Part shown: positions 1-10,202 of the stretch, piece by piece
How the letters are laid out: every line of letters starts with the position of its first letter
Position numbering within the stretch: the stretch's first letter is position 1
Assembly: GCA_944342025.1 (NCBI GenBank)
Contig: CALVMD010000004.1
Span: 5,201-69,200, forward strand
Direction: 5' to 3'
Source: an uncultured Clostridia bacterium
GTDB lineage: Bacteria; Bacillota; Clostridia; Christensenellales; Borkfalkiaceae
DNA length: 64,000 bases
The notes under the pieces: model-generated
The model's database searches: none
What the model saw: only the letters and a program-made list of their open reading frames with translations
Told to the model about the DNA's origin: nothing
Made by a program: the position numbers and the translations under genes

Positions 1-1
1 C

Positions 2-3000
2 ACGGCGTACGAAGACGGTGCGGAAATATTGAACCTGACCGACGTGCAGGGTACGACGATCACGCTGTATGCGCAGTGGACGCCGAAAGAGTACACCGTA
101 ATCCTGCGCGGGGAGAACGTCATACCTCAATATACGGTGTCGTTTGACCTGAACGGAGCGGAAGGGACGGCGCCCGCCGCGCAGACGGTGACGAATACGC
201 AGGGCCTTGCCTATCCCGAAACAGATCCCGCGCACGACGGCTATATCTTTGCCGGGTGGTACGATAATGCCGACTGCACGGGTACCCCGTTCGATTTTTC
301 CGCCGATGTTACGGCAGACGTCACGCTGTATGCAAAGTGGCTCACTTATAACAGCAGCGTGGAAAAGATTCTGTATGCGGGTGAAAATACGATCAAGATT
401 GTAGGCGGCTCTACGCGCCAGCATTTTGTGTTTGTGCCCAAAGTGACGGAGACCGTGACGTTCAACGTGGGTAAAAACGCTTGGATTTTCGTCAACGACA
501 CGTACAATAATACGAACGGCTCGAAATACGGAACTCTGTCAAGAACATGTACGGCCGGCACCGTTTATTATATCGGTATCGAGTCAGAAAAACAAAATAC
601 AGGCAGTTCTTATGTGGGCGAAACGTATCTGAACATAACGGCGTCGCAGCCGGCAGACGGCGGCGTGGTCATAGGCGATATAGGGGGCGTTCCTGTCTCC
701 GTCACCTATGGCGAGGCGTTCACCTTTACCGTCCCCGTGAAAGAGGGATATAATTTCCTCGGCTGGTATGACGCCGAAGACGTACAGTATACCGACGGCA
801 CGGGCGCAAGCGTAAAGGTTTGGGATAAGGACGAAGAGTCCCCCGTTCTCTACGCGAAATGGGCGCCGATCGAGTACAGCATCACGTACGAACTGGACGG
901 CGGCGAAAACCATGCGGACAATCCTGTAACGTATACGATCGAGTCTTCGGAGATCGTACTCGGTGCGCCGACCAAAGAGGGGTACTCCTTTGTCGGCTGG
1001 ACGATGGAGGGGGTAGATACGCCCACCAAAGAACTGACGATCCCCGCGGGCTCGTTCGGGAGCATCACTCTCACGGCGCATTGGGTCGAATACGGGCTGA
1101 ACGAGATCGAGTTTGATGCCGATCAAAAAGCGGTCAAATACAGCGATTACGATAATTTGACGGCGGAACTCTTCGGCGCGACGTGTACCGATACGGACGG
1201 CGAATCGATCGCGATCACCGTCTCATATACCGGTGATTTTGAAATCGGAAAGACGATCACGGTGACGCTGACGGCGACGGTCGGCGCGCATACGCAGACG
1301 GCGACGATCGAAAATGTCCGCATTTACGGCGTTCCCACGATCGAGATCGAAAACACGTCGATCAAGTTGCCGCATGCCAACTCTTTTAACGCGGATACGT
1401 TCGACGCCATTGCGTATGACAGTTTCGGCGAATCTTTGACGCTGAACATTTCCGGGCCCGAAACGCCTTCTCCCATTACCGAAAGCGGGCTGTATATCTT
1501 TACTTTTACCGCGACCGATGCCGCGGGCAATACGACGCAAGTGCCCAAGGAGATCAGAGTCTACGCTGCCGACGATATCGTTTTCCATATAGACGATATA
1601 GATGCGGTCAAAGAAAACAGTACGGGAGAGGAGTTTAACGCCTCTGCCGAAGACGCTTTCGGCGAAGCATGCGAAGTCGAGTTCCATGCCGACGGCGAGA
1701 TGAGCGCGGGAGCGACGGTGCGGGTCTGGTTCACGGCGACGGATGCGGCAGGCAACAGGGTCAACAGCGATGAGATAACGGTTCGGGTGTACGGCGCTCC
1801 GACGGCGTATATGGCCGTCCGCGAGCTCACGGCAGATACGCCCGCGGCCGATGCGTATATCGTTCTCGACACGTTCGGCGAAGAGATCCCCGCTACCGTT
1901 ACATACGGCGGAGCGCTCGTTGCGGGAAGCAATGTTACCGTAAGCGTTTCGGCGACGGACGCGGCGGGCAATCGGCTCACCGCCTCGTATACGGTGCCCG
2001 TATATTGCGGGGAATTCGATCACAGCATTTCGAACTGCGTCTGTGCTATCTGCGGAAAAGAAGTGCATACCCCCGGCAGCGACTGCCTCTGTCAAATTTG
2101 CGGCGAAGAGGCGCACACGATCGGAGATGATTGTATCTGCACTGTGTGCGGACAAGCTTTCCACGAATTTCATCTGGGGATCTGCGTTTATTGCGGAAAC
2201 GATGATATTGACGTCTGGGACGGTACGGTCGCATCGGGCTTTGCAAGCGGCAGCGGCACGGAAGGAGACCCGTACATCATCGAGACGGGCGCGCAGCTTG
2301 CCTATCTTGCAAGCCGCGTCAATTCGGGCTACACTTACAGCGGGAATTATTTCAGGTTGGACAAAGATATCGACCTGAACGGTATAGAATGGACGCCGAT
2401 CGGCTACAGCACGTCGCGGTATTTCAGGGGGATCTTTGACGGCAACGGTCACACGATCTACGGCCTTACCATAACGCAAAACCGCGCCTATGCCGGATTG
2501 TTCGGATCAACGTACGGCGCAACGATCAAAAATGTTGCCCTTAAAGATGTCAATATCGAGATCCTGTATTCCGGATTTAATCATGCGGGCGGGATCGTCG
2601 GATATGCGGGAAGCAACACTTCTTATATCACGACTATTTCAAATTGCAGCACAGAAGGACGTATTTTGGGTGGCCAGTCTTCCGGCACGGCGCTTGTCGG
2701 CGGCATTCTCGGATACGGCAATGCCTATATTTCAAACTCCTACTGCGTCGGAGAGATCCTTGTAGGGTCAAATAACGATCGTTGTTATGCCGGCGGGATT
2801 GCCGGCGGGCTGTACAGAAAAATTACCATAAATTCCTGTTATTTCAGCGGCAGGATCAGCGCTGAGTCGGGCGATACCGACGGGGTTTACGCTGCGGGAA
2901 TACTGGGCGTAACAAACAGCAGTATGTCGCTTTGTTCTATCAGCAATTGCTTTGCAACGGGCGATTTTTCAGTCGACGGTTCAAATTCCTCCACGGAGTA

Positions 3001-3238
3001 TACGAATGCCATATACAATCCTTTCCAAGGCAGTTATTCTCTTTCCGTCAGCAATAATTATTATGCCGATGTTACTTTGACGGAAGGCTCGGCGGTTGTT
3101 TCTACGACCGGGTATGGCACCGAGATTGACGCCGAAAATTTCGCATCCGTAGAATGGCTTGAAAATACGCTCGGCTGGGATATGGACACTGTCTGGACGG
3201 TTTCGGACAATCTTCCCGTACTGCGTATCTTTCAGTGA
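2..3238 (+). CDS. Large secreted/surface protein (5' partial): Listeria-Bacteroides (InlB B) repeats, Ig-like repeats, Cys/His-rich repeats, C-terminal GLUG-type domain
   Basis: Frame open from window start. Repeats of GYxFxGWY...LYAKW; ATDAAGN Ig-like repeats; CxCxxCG repeats; GSGTEGDPYII...WTPIG...FDGNGHTI and GGIVG/GGIAG motifs. Confidence 0.8.
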   Translation, partial: TAYEDGAEILNLTDVQGTTITLYAQWTPKEYTVILRGENVIPQYTVSFDLNGAEGTAPAAQTVTNTQGLAYPETDPAHDGYIFAGWYDNADCTGTPFDFSADVTADVTLYAKWLTYNSSVEKILYAGENTIKIVGGSTRQHFVFVPKVTETVTFNVGKNAWIFVNDTYNNTNGSKYGTLSRTCTAGTVYYIGIESEKQNTGSSYVGETYLNITASQPADGGVVIGDIGGVPVSVTYGEAFTFTVPVKEGYNFLGWYDAEDVQYTDGTGASVKVWDKDEESPVLYAKWAPIEYSITYELDGGENHADNPVTYTIESSEIVLGAPTKEGYSFVGWTMEGVDTPTKELTIPAGSFGSITLTAHWVEYGLNEIEFDADQKAVKYSDYDNLTAELFGATCTDTDGESIAITVSYTGDFEIGKTITVTLTATVGAHTQTATIENVRIYGVPTIEIENTSIKLPHANSFNADTFDAIAYDSFGESLTLNISGPETPSPITESGLYIFTFTATDAAGNTTQVPKEIRVYAADDIVFHIDDIDAVKENSTGEEFNASAEDAFGEACEVEFHADGEMSAGATVRVWFTATDAAGNRVNSDEITVRVYGAPTAYMAVRELTADTPAADAYIVLDTFGEEIPATVTYGGALVAGSNVTVSVSATDAAGNRLTASYTVPVYCGEFDHSISNCVCAICGKEVHTPGSDCLCQICGEEAHTIGDDCICTVCGQAFHEFHLGICVYCGNDDIDVWDGTVASGFASGSGTEGDPYIIETGAQLAYLASRVNSGYTYSGNYFRLDKDIDLNGIEWTPIGYSTSRYFRGIFDGNGHTIYGLTITQNRAYAGLFGSTYGATIKNVALKDVNIEILYSGFNHAGGIVGYAGSNTSYITTISNCSTEGRILGGQSSGTALVGGILGYGNAYISNSYCVGEILVGSNNDRCYAGGIAGGLYRKITINSCYFSGRISAESGDTDGVYAAGILGVTNSSMSLCSISNCFATGDFSVDGSNSSTEYTNAIYNPFQGSYSLSVSNNYYADVTLTEGSAVVSTTGYGTEIDAENFASVEWLENTLGWDMDTVWTVSDNLPVLRIFQ

Positions 3239-3270
3239 CGCGCGGTAAAATTTGAATTTTGTATTTTTCA

Positions 3271-3301
3271 GCGGCGCCGGTTTTTCCGGCGTCGCCGTTT
3301 T
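3271..3301 (+). terminator. Probable intrinsic terminator
   Basis: GC-rich inverted repeat (cggcgccgg...ccggcgtcg) followed by T run after the surface protein stop. Confidence 0.45.
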
Positions 3302-3334
3302 ATGGGGCGGTTTGGCGGAAACAGTTTCTTTTCA

Positions 3335-3363
3335 TCATAATTTTGCAAACTTCGACATAGAAT
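3335..3363 (+). promoter_or_regulatory. Sigma-E-type sporulation promoter of spoIIID
   Basis: TCATAAT-N14-CATAGAAT resembles the sigma-E consensus; spoIIID is sigma-E dependent in Bacillus/Clostridium. Confidence 0.6.
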
Positions 3364-3394
3364 GTACCATCGCAAAAAGGCGGGGGAGCATATT

Positions 3395-3643
3395 ATGTGG
3401 GAGTATATGGAGCGGCGCGCGGTGCGTTGCGCGGAATACATACTGGAGACGAACGCGACGGTGCGCGACTGTGCCGCGCATTTCAACATCAGCAAGTCGA
3501 CCGTACATAAAGACGTTTCGGAACGTCTGTCGGAGATCGATCCGCAGCTTCAGAAAGAAGTGCGAAAAGTCCTGGATAAAAATCTTGCCGAGCGCCACAT
3601 CCGCGGCGGCGACGCCACGCGGCGCAAGTATAAGGGCGCATGA
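3395..3643 (+). CDS. spoIIID: Stage III sporulation transcriptional regulator SpoIIID
   Basis: ATVRxxAxxFxISKSTVHKDVSERL...AERHIRGGxATRxKY signature; GGGGAG RBS before ATG 3395. Confidence 0.95.
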   Translation: MWEYMERRAVRCAEYILETNATVRDCAAHFNISKSTVHKDVSERLSEIDPQLQKEVRKVLDKNLAERHIRGGDATRRKYKGA

Positions 3644-3800
3644 CGAGGCGCCTGTCTTGTGCATGTGTTCCGAAAAGTAATCGCACCAAGGAAAAGTATT
3701 GCAACGGGACGGATCATAAGGGAGGGCGGCAAAGACCGCCTTTTTCCTTTTCAGGCGCGATTTTCCGATCGGTTTTGTCAGGCGGGAGCCGTTCAGATTC

Positions 3801-3829
3801 TTGTCATTTTTGCAAAAGTGTGTTAGAAT
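3801..3829 (+). promoter_or_regulatory. Sigma-A promoter of activase/dehydratase operon
   Basis: TTGTCA-N17-TAGAAT with TG extension. Confidence 0.55.
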
Positions 3830-3902
3830 AAATAAAATTACAATCGAAAGATGCTCTTTTGCATGATTTAGTTCAGTTGATTGACAAAAGAGGCGGGTTA
3901 TT

Positions 3903-6845
3903 ATGGCAAAATTATTGGGAATAGACGTCGGATCCACGACGGTCAAAGTGGCGGTTTTGTCCGAATCGCTCGAAATCCTTTACACGAGTTACGAGCGCCA
4001 TTTCGCGCGGGTGAAAGAATGTGTTTTGGCGCAGCTCGCGATCGTGCAGGACAAGTTCGGCGGCGATTTCAAGATCAGTATTACGGGCTCCGCGGGGTTG
4101 GGGCTTGCCGAGCGCAGCGGCATTTCTTTTGTACAGGAAGTGCAGGCGGCCTTTACGGCGATCCGCAGGTATTATCCCGACGCGGACGCGGCGGTCGAGC
4201 TTGGCGGCGAGGATGCGAAGATCATCTTCATCACGGGCGGCACCGAGCAGCGCATGAACGGCAGCTGCGCGGGCGGCACGGGCGCGTTCATCGACCAGAT
4301 GGCGACCCTTCTCAACATCACCGTCGACGAGATGGACAAGCTCTCTTTGCGGGCGGAAAAGGTATATCCCATCGCGTCCCGCTGCGGCGTGTTCGCAAAG
4401 TCGGACATTCAGCCCCTTCTCAATCAGGGGGCGCGGAAAGAGGACATCTCCGCGAGTATTTTTCAGGCGGTCGTCGACCAGACGGTGTCGGGGCTTGCCC
4501 AGGGCAGGCGGATCAAGGGGAAGGTGCTCTTTCTCGGCGGCCCGCTCTACTTTATCAAGGGGCTCAGGAAGGCGTTCAAGGATACATTGCATCTCGATGA
4601 CGAACATGCGGTGTTCCCCGACAACGCGCCCTCGTTCATGGCGATCGGAGCCGCGCTGTATTCGGAAAACGTGGACGCCATGCCCATTGAAAGCGCGATC
4701 GAAAAGATCCAAAGCGCCAAGGGCAGCGACGACGTGGTGACGGGCGAACCGCTCTTCAAAGACCGCGCGGAATACGAGCAATTTGTCGCCCGCCATAAAA
4801 AGAGCGATCTTGCCTTTGCCGACATCAAGACGTATACGGGCAAGGCGTACCTCGGCATCGACAGCGGGTCGACCACGACCAAGCTCATCCTCATCACGCC
4901 CGACGCCAAAATTTTGTATTCGCATTATCAGTCCAACAACGGGCAGCCGCTCGATATCGTTTTAGAGCGCCTGAAAGAGATCTATGCCCTCGCGGAGGGC
5001 CGCATCGAGATCGCGGGCGCGGCGGTCACGGGTTACGGCGAAGACATGATGAAGGCGGCGCTCAAAGCGGATTTCGGCATCGTCGAAACGGTCGCGCATT
5101 TCAAGGCGGCGCTCTATTTCGATCCGAAAGTCGACTTTATCATCGACATCGGCGGGCAGGACATCAAGTGTTTCAAGATCAAGAACGGCGTTATCGATTC
5201 GATCATGCTCAACGAAGCGTGTTCGTCGGGCTGCGGTTCCTTTATTCAGACCTTTGCCAAGGCGATGGGCATGGAGATAGATGAGTTTTCAAAGCTCGGC
5301 CTGTTCGCAAAACACCCCGTAGAGCTTGGCAGCCGCTGCACGGTGTTCATGAACAGCTCGGTCAAACAGGCGCAGAAAGAGGGCGCGGGCGTAGAGGACA
5401 TTTCCGCGGGCCTCTCTTCTTCCATCGTCAAAAACGCGATCTACAAGGTCATCCGCGCCAAGACGCCGGACGAGCTCGGCAACAACATCCTCGTGCAGGG
5501 AGGCACTTTCCTCAACGATGCGGTCCTCCGCTCCTTCGAGATCGAAACGGGCAAACAGGTCGTACGGCCGGGCATTGCGGGACTGATGGGCGCGTTCGGC
5601 GCGGCCCTTTACGCAAAAGAGAATATCCGCGGGGAAAGCGCCGTCATTTCCGAAGAGGAACTGCAAAACTTCTCTTATACCTCCAAGAGCCACGTCTGCA
5701 AGGGGTGTACCTCTCACTGCAACGTCAACGTCATCGGTTTTTCGGACGGCAGAAAATTTATTTCCGGCAACAAGTGTGAAAAGGGCGCGGGGCTTAAACC
5801 GCACTCCGACGAACTGGATATTTACGCCTATAAATACGCGCGCATACAGCAGAGCGTCGCGGGCACAAAGGGCGGCCGCGGCAGGGTGGGCCTTCCGCTC
5901 GCGCTCGGCTTTTACGAACAGCTCCCCCTGTGGGCGGGATTTTTCGAGAAATGCGGGTTCGAAGTAGTGCTGAGCGAACCGTCTTCCCGTCAGCTGTATT
6001 TCAGGGGACAGCATACCGTCGCCAGCGATACGGTCTGCTACCCCGCCAAACTCACCCACGGGCACATCGAGAGCCTTTTGGATCAGGGCGTCGACTTCAT
6101 TTTCTATCCGTGCGAGAGCTACAATCTCGACGAACACGATTCGACCAACCATTACAACTGCCCGGTCGTCGCCTATTACCCCGAACTTTTGAAGGCGAAC
6201 AACGAGCGGCTCAGCGACGGCAACTTTATCATGCCGTATATCGACCCGAACGACGAAAAGACGACGGTTCGGGCCCTGAAAAAGTCGCTCAAAAAGTACA
6301 AACTTTCGGAAAGTCAGATCAAGGCAGGGCTGAAAGAGGGCTTTGCCCGCCTTGAAAAATATTATCGCGACGTCCGCGATAAAGGCAGCGAGATTCTCGA
6401 AAAGGCGGAGAAAAACGACATTCCCGCGATCGTTCTGGCGGGAAGGCCGTACCACATCGACCCCGAGATCAATCACGGCATCGGCAAGCTCCTCACCTCC
6501 CTGAACATCGCCGTCCTTTCGGAAGACAGCGTGTTCTTCAAAGGCAAAGAGGTGCTCGTCAACGTCCTCAATCAGTGGACGTATCATGCCCGCCTGTACC
6601 GCGCGGCGGAATACGCGAGCGAACACGACAACGTGAATCTCGTACAGCTTGTCTCCTTCGGCTGCGGGATCGACGCGATCACGACGGACGAAGTCCGCTC
6701 TATTTTGGAAAAGAAGGGGAAACTGTATACGCAGATCAAGATCGATGAGATCAACAACCTCGGCGTGGTGAAGATCCGCCTCCGCAGCATGCTCGCCGCG
6801 ATCGAGGAACAAAAGAGGCGAAGGCAAGATGAAGAAAAGAGATAG
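3903..6845 (+). CDS. 2-hydroxyacyl-CoA dehydratase activase (tandem BadF/BadG/BcrA/BcrD ASKHA ATPase domains plus DUF2229-like domain)
   Basis: Two GIDxGSTTxK motifs, ELGGED/DIGGQD, CAGGTG/CSSGCG, RCxVF cluster cysteines; C-terminal DTVCYPAK and GRPYH. Confidence 0.88.
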   Translation: MAKLLGIDVGSTTVKVAVLSESLEILYTSYERHFARVKECVLAQLAIVQDKFGGDFKISITGSAGLGLAERSGISFVQEVQAAFTAIRRYYPDADAAVELGGEDAKIIFITGGTEQRMNGSCAGGTGAFIDQMATLLNITVDEMDKLSLRAEKVYPIASRCGVFAKSDIQPLLNQGARKEDISASIFQAVVDQTVSGLAQGRRIKGKVLFLGGPLYFIKGLRKAFKDTLHLDDEHAVFPDNAPSFMAIGAALYSENVDAMPIESAIEKIQSAKGSDDVVTGEPLFKDRAEYEQFVARHKKSDLAFADIKTYTGKAYLGIDSGSTTTKLILITPDAKILYSHYQSNNGQPLDIVLERLKEIYALAEGRIEIAGAAVTGYGEDMMKAALKADFGIVETVAHFKAALYFDPKVDFIIDIGGQDIKCFKIKNGVIDSIMLNEACSSGCGSFIQTFAKAMGMEIDEFSKLGLFAKHPVELGSRCTVFMNSSVKQAQKEGAGVEDISAGLSSSIVKNAIYKVIRAKTPDELGNNILVQGGTFLNDAVLRSFEIETGKQVVRPGIAGLMGAFGAALYAKENIRGESAVISEEELQNFSYTSKSHVCKGCTSHCNVNVIGFSDGRKFISGNKCEKGAGLKPHSDELDIYAYKYARIQQSVAGTKGGRGRVGLPLALGFYEQLPLWAGFFEKCGFEVVLSEPSSRQLYFRGQHTVASDTVCYPAKLTHGHIESLLDQGVDFIFYPCESYNLDEHDSTNHYNCPVVAYYPELLKANNERLSDGNFIMPYIDPNDEKTTVRALKKSLKKYKLSESQIKAGLKEGFARLEKYYRDVRDKGSEILEKAEKNDIPAIVLAGRPYHIDPEINHGIGKLLTSLNIAVLSEDSVFFKGKEVLVNVLNQWTYHARLYRAAEYASEHDNVNLVQLVSFGCGIDAITTDEVRSILEKKGKLYTQIKIDEINNLGVVKIRLRSMLAAIEEQKRRRQDEEKR

Positions 6846-8118
6846 AGAGCAAAAACCCGTCGCGGATTTCCGAGACGAGTACCCCAAATTTACCAAGGGG
6901 ATGAAACATACGCATAAGATCCTGATCCCCGACATGCTGCCCGTGCATTTCGGCATCATCGTCGAGATCCTGAAAAAGGACGGCTGGGATCTCGAACTTT
7001 TGCACAACGATTCGCGCGCGGTCATCGACGAGGGGCTCAAACACGTCCATAACGACACCTGCTATCCCGCCCTGTGCGTCACGGGGCAGTTTATCGACGC
7101 GCTCAAAAGCGGAAAATACGACCCCGAGCATACCGCCGTCATGATCACGCAGTCGGGCGGCGGATGCCGCGCGTCCAACTATATCCCGCTCATCCGCAAG
7201 GCACTTAAAAGCGAGTTTCCGCATGTGCCCGTCGTGTCCCTCAATTTTGCGGGGCTGGAAAAGGACAGCGGCTTTCCCGTCGATCTGAAAACGCTCGCAA
7301 AGCTCGCGTTCGCCATCTTTTACGGGGATACGCTCATGTCGCTGTACAATCAGTGCAAACCGTACGAAACGGAAAAAGGCGCGTCCGACAAAGCGCGGGA
7401 AGAGTGCGTCGGGTATATCCTCGACATGTTTTCGCGCAAAAAATATCTTCGCTATAAAAAGATCACGAAACATCTTTTAGAGCGCTTTCAGACGGTTCGG
7501 CGCAGCGGCGAGACCAAGGTCAAAGTCGGGATCGTGGGGGAGATCTACGTCAAATATTCCCCGCTCGGCAACAATCATCTCGAAGAATTTCTGTTGTCCG
7601 AAAACTGTGAGCCCGTCGTGCCCGCGCTGATGGATTTCGTCATGTACTGCGCCGTCAACAACGTGAACGACGCGAAACTGTACAATAAAAAGAGCGCGGC
7701 GACGCCGGTCTTCAACATCGTGTATAAGTATCTGCATCATGTGCAGAAGAAGATCATCAGGTTGACCGAAAAGTACGGGTTTGAGCCGCTGCACGACTTC
7801 GAACATCTGAGAAAATGCGCCGATAAAGTCATCAATCAGGGCGTGAAAATGGGCGAAGGCTGGCTGATCCCCGCCGAGATGGCGGCGCTTGCCGAAACGG
7901 GCACCGACAACATCGTGTGCGCGCAGCCGTTCGGCTGCCTGCCCAACCACATCGCGGGCAAGGGCACGATCAGGACGCTCAAAGAGATGTACAAGTATGA
8001 AAATATCGTCGCGGTCGATTACGACCCCTCCGCGACTAAGGTCAATCAGGAAAACCGCATCAAACTCATGCTCGCGACCGCGCGGGAAAATCTGAACCAA
8101 AAAGAAAAGAAAGAATAA
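6829..8118 (+). CDS. 2-hydroxyacyl-CoA dehydratase family protein
   Basis: NDTCYPA, QSGGGCRASNY, VGIVGEIYVK, MGEGWL, QPFGCLPNH motifs; overlaps activase stop. Confidence 0.85.
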   Translation: MKKRDREQKPVADFRDEYPKFTKGMKHTHKILIPDMLPVHFGIIVEILKKDGWDLELLHNDSRAVIDEGLKHVHNDTCYPALCVTGQFIDALKSGKYDPEHTAVMITQSGGGCRASNYIPLIRKALKSEFPHVPVVSLNFAGLEKDSGFPVDLKTLAKLAFAIFYGDTLMSLYNQCKPYETEKGASDKAREECVGYILDMFSRKKYLRYKKITKHLLERFQTVRRSGETKVKVGIVGEIYVKYSPLGNNHLEEFLLSENCEPVVPALMDFVMYCAVNNVNDAKLYNKKSAATPVFNIVYKYLHHVQKKIIRLTEKYGFEPLHDFEHLRKCADKVINQGVKMGEGWLIPAEMAALAETGTDNIVCAQPFGCLPNHIAGKGTIRTLKEMYKYENIVAVDYDPSATKVNQENRIKLMLATARENLNQKEKKE

Positions 8119-8272
8119 TTTTCGGTGGGGCGTTTCGCTGTTTTATTGCTCAAAAGGCAGGAAATGTATCCCGTTATCGCAAGCTGGCGCGGCAAACAGA
8201 AATGTTTGCCGCGCACGCTTTTATATATATGCAGTTTTTGTGCGGAATGCGGTTTGCCAGCCGCCCGCATGT

Positions 8273-9184
8273 TCAGCCGTCTGAAGGTTGCGGCCCTTCG
8301 GGGGAGGCGGGTTTCAGCTTTTCCTGCAGTCTCTTCAAAAAGAGCTGCGCCGCGCCCGAAAAGACCTGATATTTTTTCCAGATGATGTTCAGCCGCGATT
8401 CGAGCGGGGGATAGAGGGGACGGAAGCAGAGGGGGCTTTCTCCCGAGGTGTTGCACAGTTTATCCAGGCAAAGCACGCATCCCATGCCCGCTTCCGCCAT
8501 CAGCGCGGCGTTATAAACGAGATTATAAGTCGCCACTATATCTAACCCCGCCGCCCCGCCGAACCAGTCGGAAACGTGGCTTCGGTTCAGGGCATGGCGG
8601 GAGTGGATGAGCGGCACGCCTTTCAGGTCTTCGCGCGTGAGCGCATCCTTTTCCGCCAGCGGATGATCTTTTCTTAAAAGGATGCCCCAGGTGTCCTTTA
8701 CGGGCAGGGGAAGATGTTCGTATTTGTCGAGATTCGCCGGTTCGATCACCAGGCCGAAGTCGATGAGCCCCTTGTCCAGCCGTTCGCACACGTCCGCGAT
8801 GTCGCCGCTGAACAGGTGAAAGCGGATGTTCGGATAATCTGCCTGCATGGAACGCGCGACGTCTGCGATGCATTTCATGGCGTACGTCTCTCCGCCGCCG
8901 ATGAACACGTCTCCGCCTGTCTCGGCGGGCGGGTGCATCAGTTCCGATTCCGTCTTGTCAAAGAGGGATACGATCTCCTCCGCGCGCTTGCGGAGCAACA
9001 ATCCCGTCTCCGTCAGCGTCATTTTGCGCCCGCCCCGCGTAAAGAGGGGCTGGCCGATCTCCTTTTCCATGTTCTGTATCTGCCGCGTCAGGCTGGGCTG
9101 GGTGATGAACAGGTACTCCGCCGCTTTGGAAATGTTTTCTTCCCTCGCCACGGCGAGGAAATATTTCAGCTGCATGATATCCAT
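8273..9184 (-). CDS. LysR family transcriptional regulator
   Basis: N-terminal LKYFLAVAREENISKAAEYLFITQPSLTRQI HTH; LysR substrate-binding domain. Confidence 0.93.
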   Translation of the reverse strand: MDIMQLKYFLAVAREENISKAAEYLFITQPSLTRQIQNMEKEIGQPLFTRGGRKMTLTETGLLLRKRAEEIVSLFDKTESELMHPPAETGGDVFIGGGETYAMKCIADVARSMQADYPNIRFHLFSGDIADVCERLDKGLIDFGLVIEPANLDKYEHLPLPVKDTWGILLRKDHPLAEKDALTREDLKGVPLIHSRHALNRSHVSDWFGGAAGLDIVATYNLVYNAALMAEAGMGCVLCLDKLCNTSGESPLCFRPLYPPLESRLNIIWKKYQVFSGAAQLFLKRLQEKLKPASPEGPQPSDG

Positions 9185-9250
9185 AATGCTTTCCTTCCTT
9201 TCCATCAGTATAACGCGCGGCGCGCGCCGTCAAGCGGTTGTCCTTTTTGT

Positions 9251-9317
9251 ATGCCGTAAAGCTATCGAATGCTATAAAATATAAGCATTTGACATTCATG
9301 TGCGGCAGACTTATAAT
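9251..9317 (+). promoter_or_regulatory. LysR box plus sigma-A promoter
   Basis: ATGCCGTAAAGCTAT (T-N11-A) upstream of TTGACA(9289)-N17-TATAAT(9312); divergent from lysR. Confidence 0.7.
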
Positions 9318-9338
9318 AAAAAACGCGGAGGGCGAGAT

Positions 9339-9563
9339 ATGGACGAAGAACTTTCTTTGCGGCAGATCCTGGCGGATATAGGGCTTTCGGAAGAGGAAAC
9401 GGAGGCATTTTTCCGTTACGAGGAGTATCACAACGTGTGTGCGCAGCTGAAAATTCTGGCAGAGCGAAGGAAAGCTCTTCTCGCGCAGGTACACGAGGAC
9501 GAGCGCAAGCTCAGCTGTCTCGATTACCTTGCGTGCAAGCTCAGAAAGGAATGCTGTAAATGA
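9339..9563 (+). CDS. Small hypothetical helical protein
   Basis: GGAGG RBS; 74 aa; ATGA overlap with next gene. Confidence 0.7.
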   Translation: MDEELSLRQILADIGLSEEETEAFFRYEEYHNVCAQLKILAERRKALLAQVHEDERKLSCLDYLACKLRKECCK

Positions 9564-10150
9564 CGGTGGAAGAATTTTGCGCGGCCATGGAGAGCGGGGA
9601 GCCGGTCGAAGGACAGTCGGGACTGCATCAGATGTTTCATCTGCTTGCTGTGCGAGCCAGGCGGATCGCGGCGGCGCTCAACCGTCAGGTGAAGCCGGAA
9701 AAGATCAGAAAAATTTTTTTCAGGCTGACGGGTCAGGCGCGCGACGACACGTTTTCGATGTTTCCGCCCTTTTATACGGACTGCGGTGTCCGCATCCGCG
9801 TCGGAAAGAACGTGTTTATCAATGCGGGGTGCTGTTTTCAGGATCAGGGCGGCATCGAGATCGGCGACGGCGCGCTGATCGGGCATCAGGTCGTCATCGC
9901 GACGCTCAATCATATGTTCGCGCCCGAAAGGCGGGGCGGCATGACGCCCGCGCCCGTAAAGATCGGGAAGGGCGTTTGGATCGGGTCGCACGCGACCATA
10001 CTCCCCGGGGTCACGGTCGGGGATCACGCGGTCGTCGCGGCGGGGGCTGTCGTCACGAAAGACGTGCCCGCCTATGCCGTTGTCGGCGGCGTTCCGGCAA
10101 AGTTTTTGTGCGACGTGCGGGATAAAACCGATCCGCCGCGCGCGGAATAA
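9560..10150 (+). CDS. Sugar O-acetyltransferase (maltose/galactoside acetyltransferase family, hexapeptide repeats)
   Basis: [42 protein letters not shown]. Confidence 0.9.
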   Translation: MTVEEFCAAMESGEPVEGQSGLHQMFHLLAVRARRIAAALNRQVKPEKIRKIFFRLTGQARDDTFSMFPPFYTDCGVRIRVGKNVFINAGCCFQDQGGIEIGDGALIGHQVVIATLNHMFAPERRGGMTPAPVKIGKGVWIGSHATILPGVTVGDHAVVAAGAVVTKDVPAYAVVGGVPAKFLCDVRDKTDPPRAE

Positions 10151-10202
10151 GGCTGTTTTCGGCCGCATGGCCGATCGGAAACAAAATAAAAGGAGAACGT
10201 TT

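Noticed and set aside
2006-2197. Multiheme cytochrome c
   Set aside because: Motifs are CxxCG, not CxxCH.
3903-8118. Activase/dehydratase pair as part of the corrinoid system
   Set aside because: Widespread clostridial gene pair with its own promoter; lacks the regulon motif and is separated by unrelated genes.
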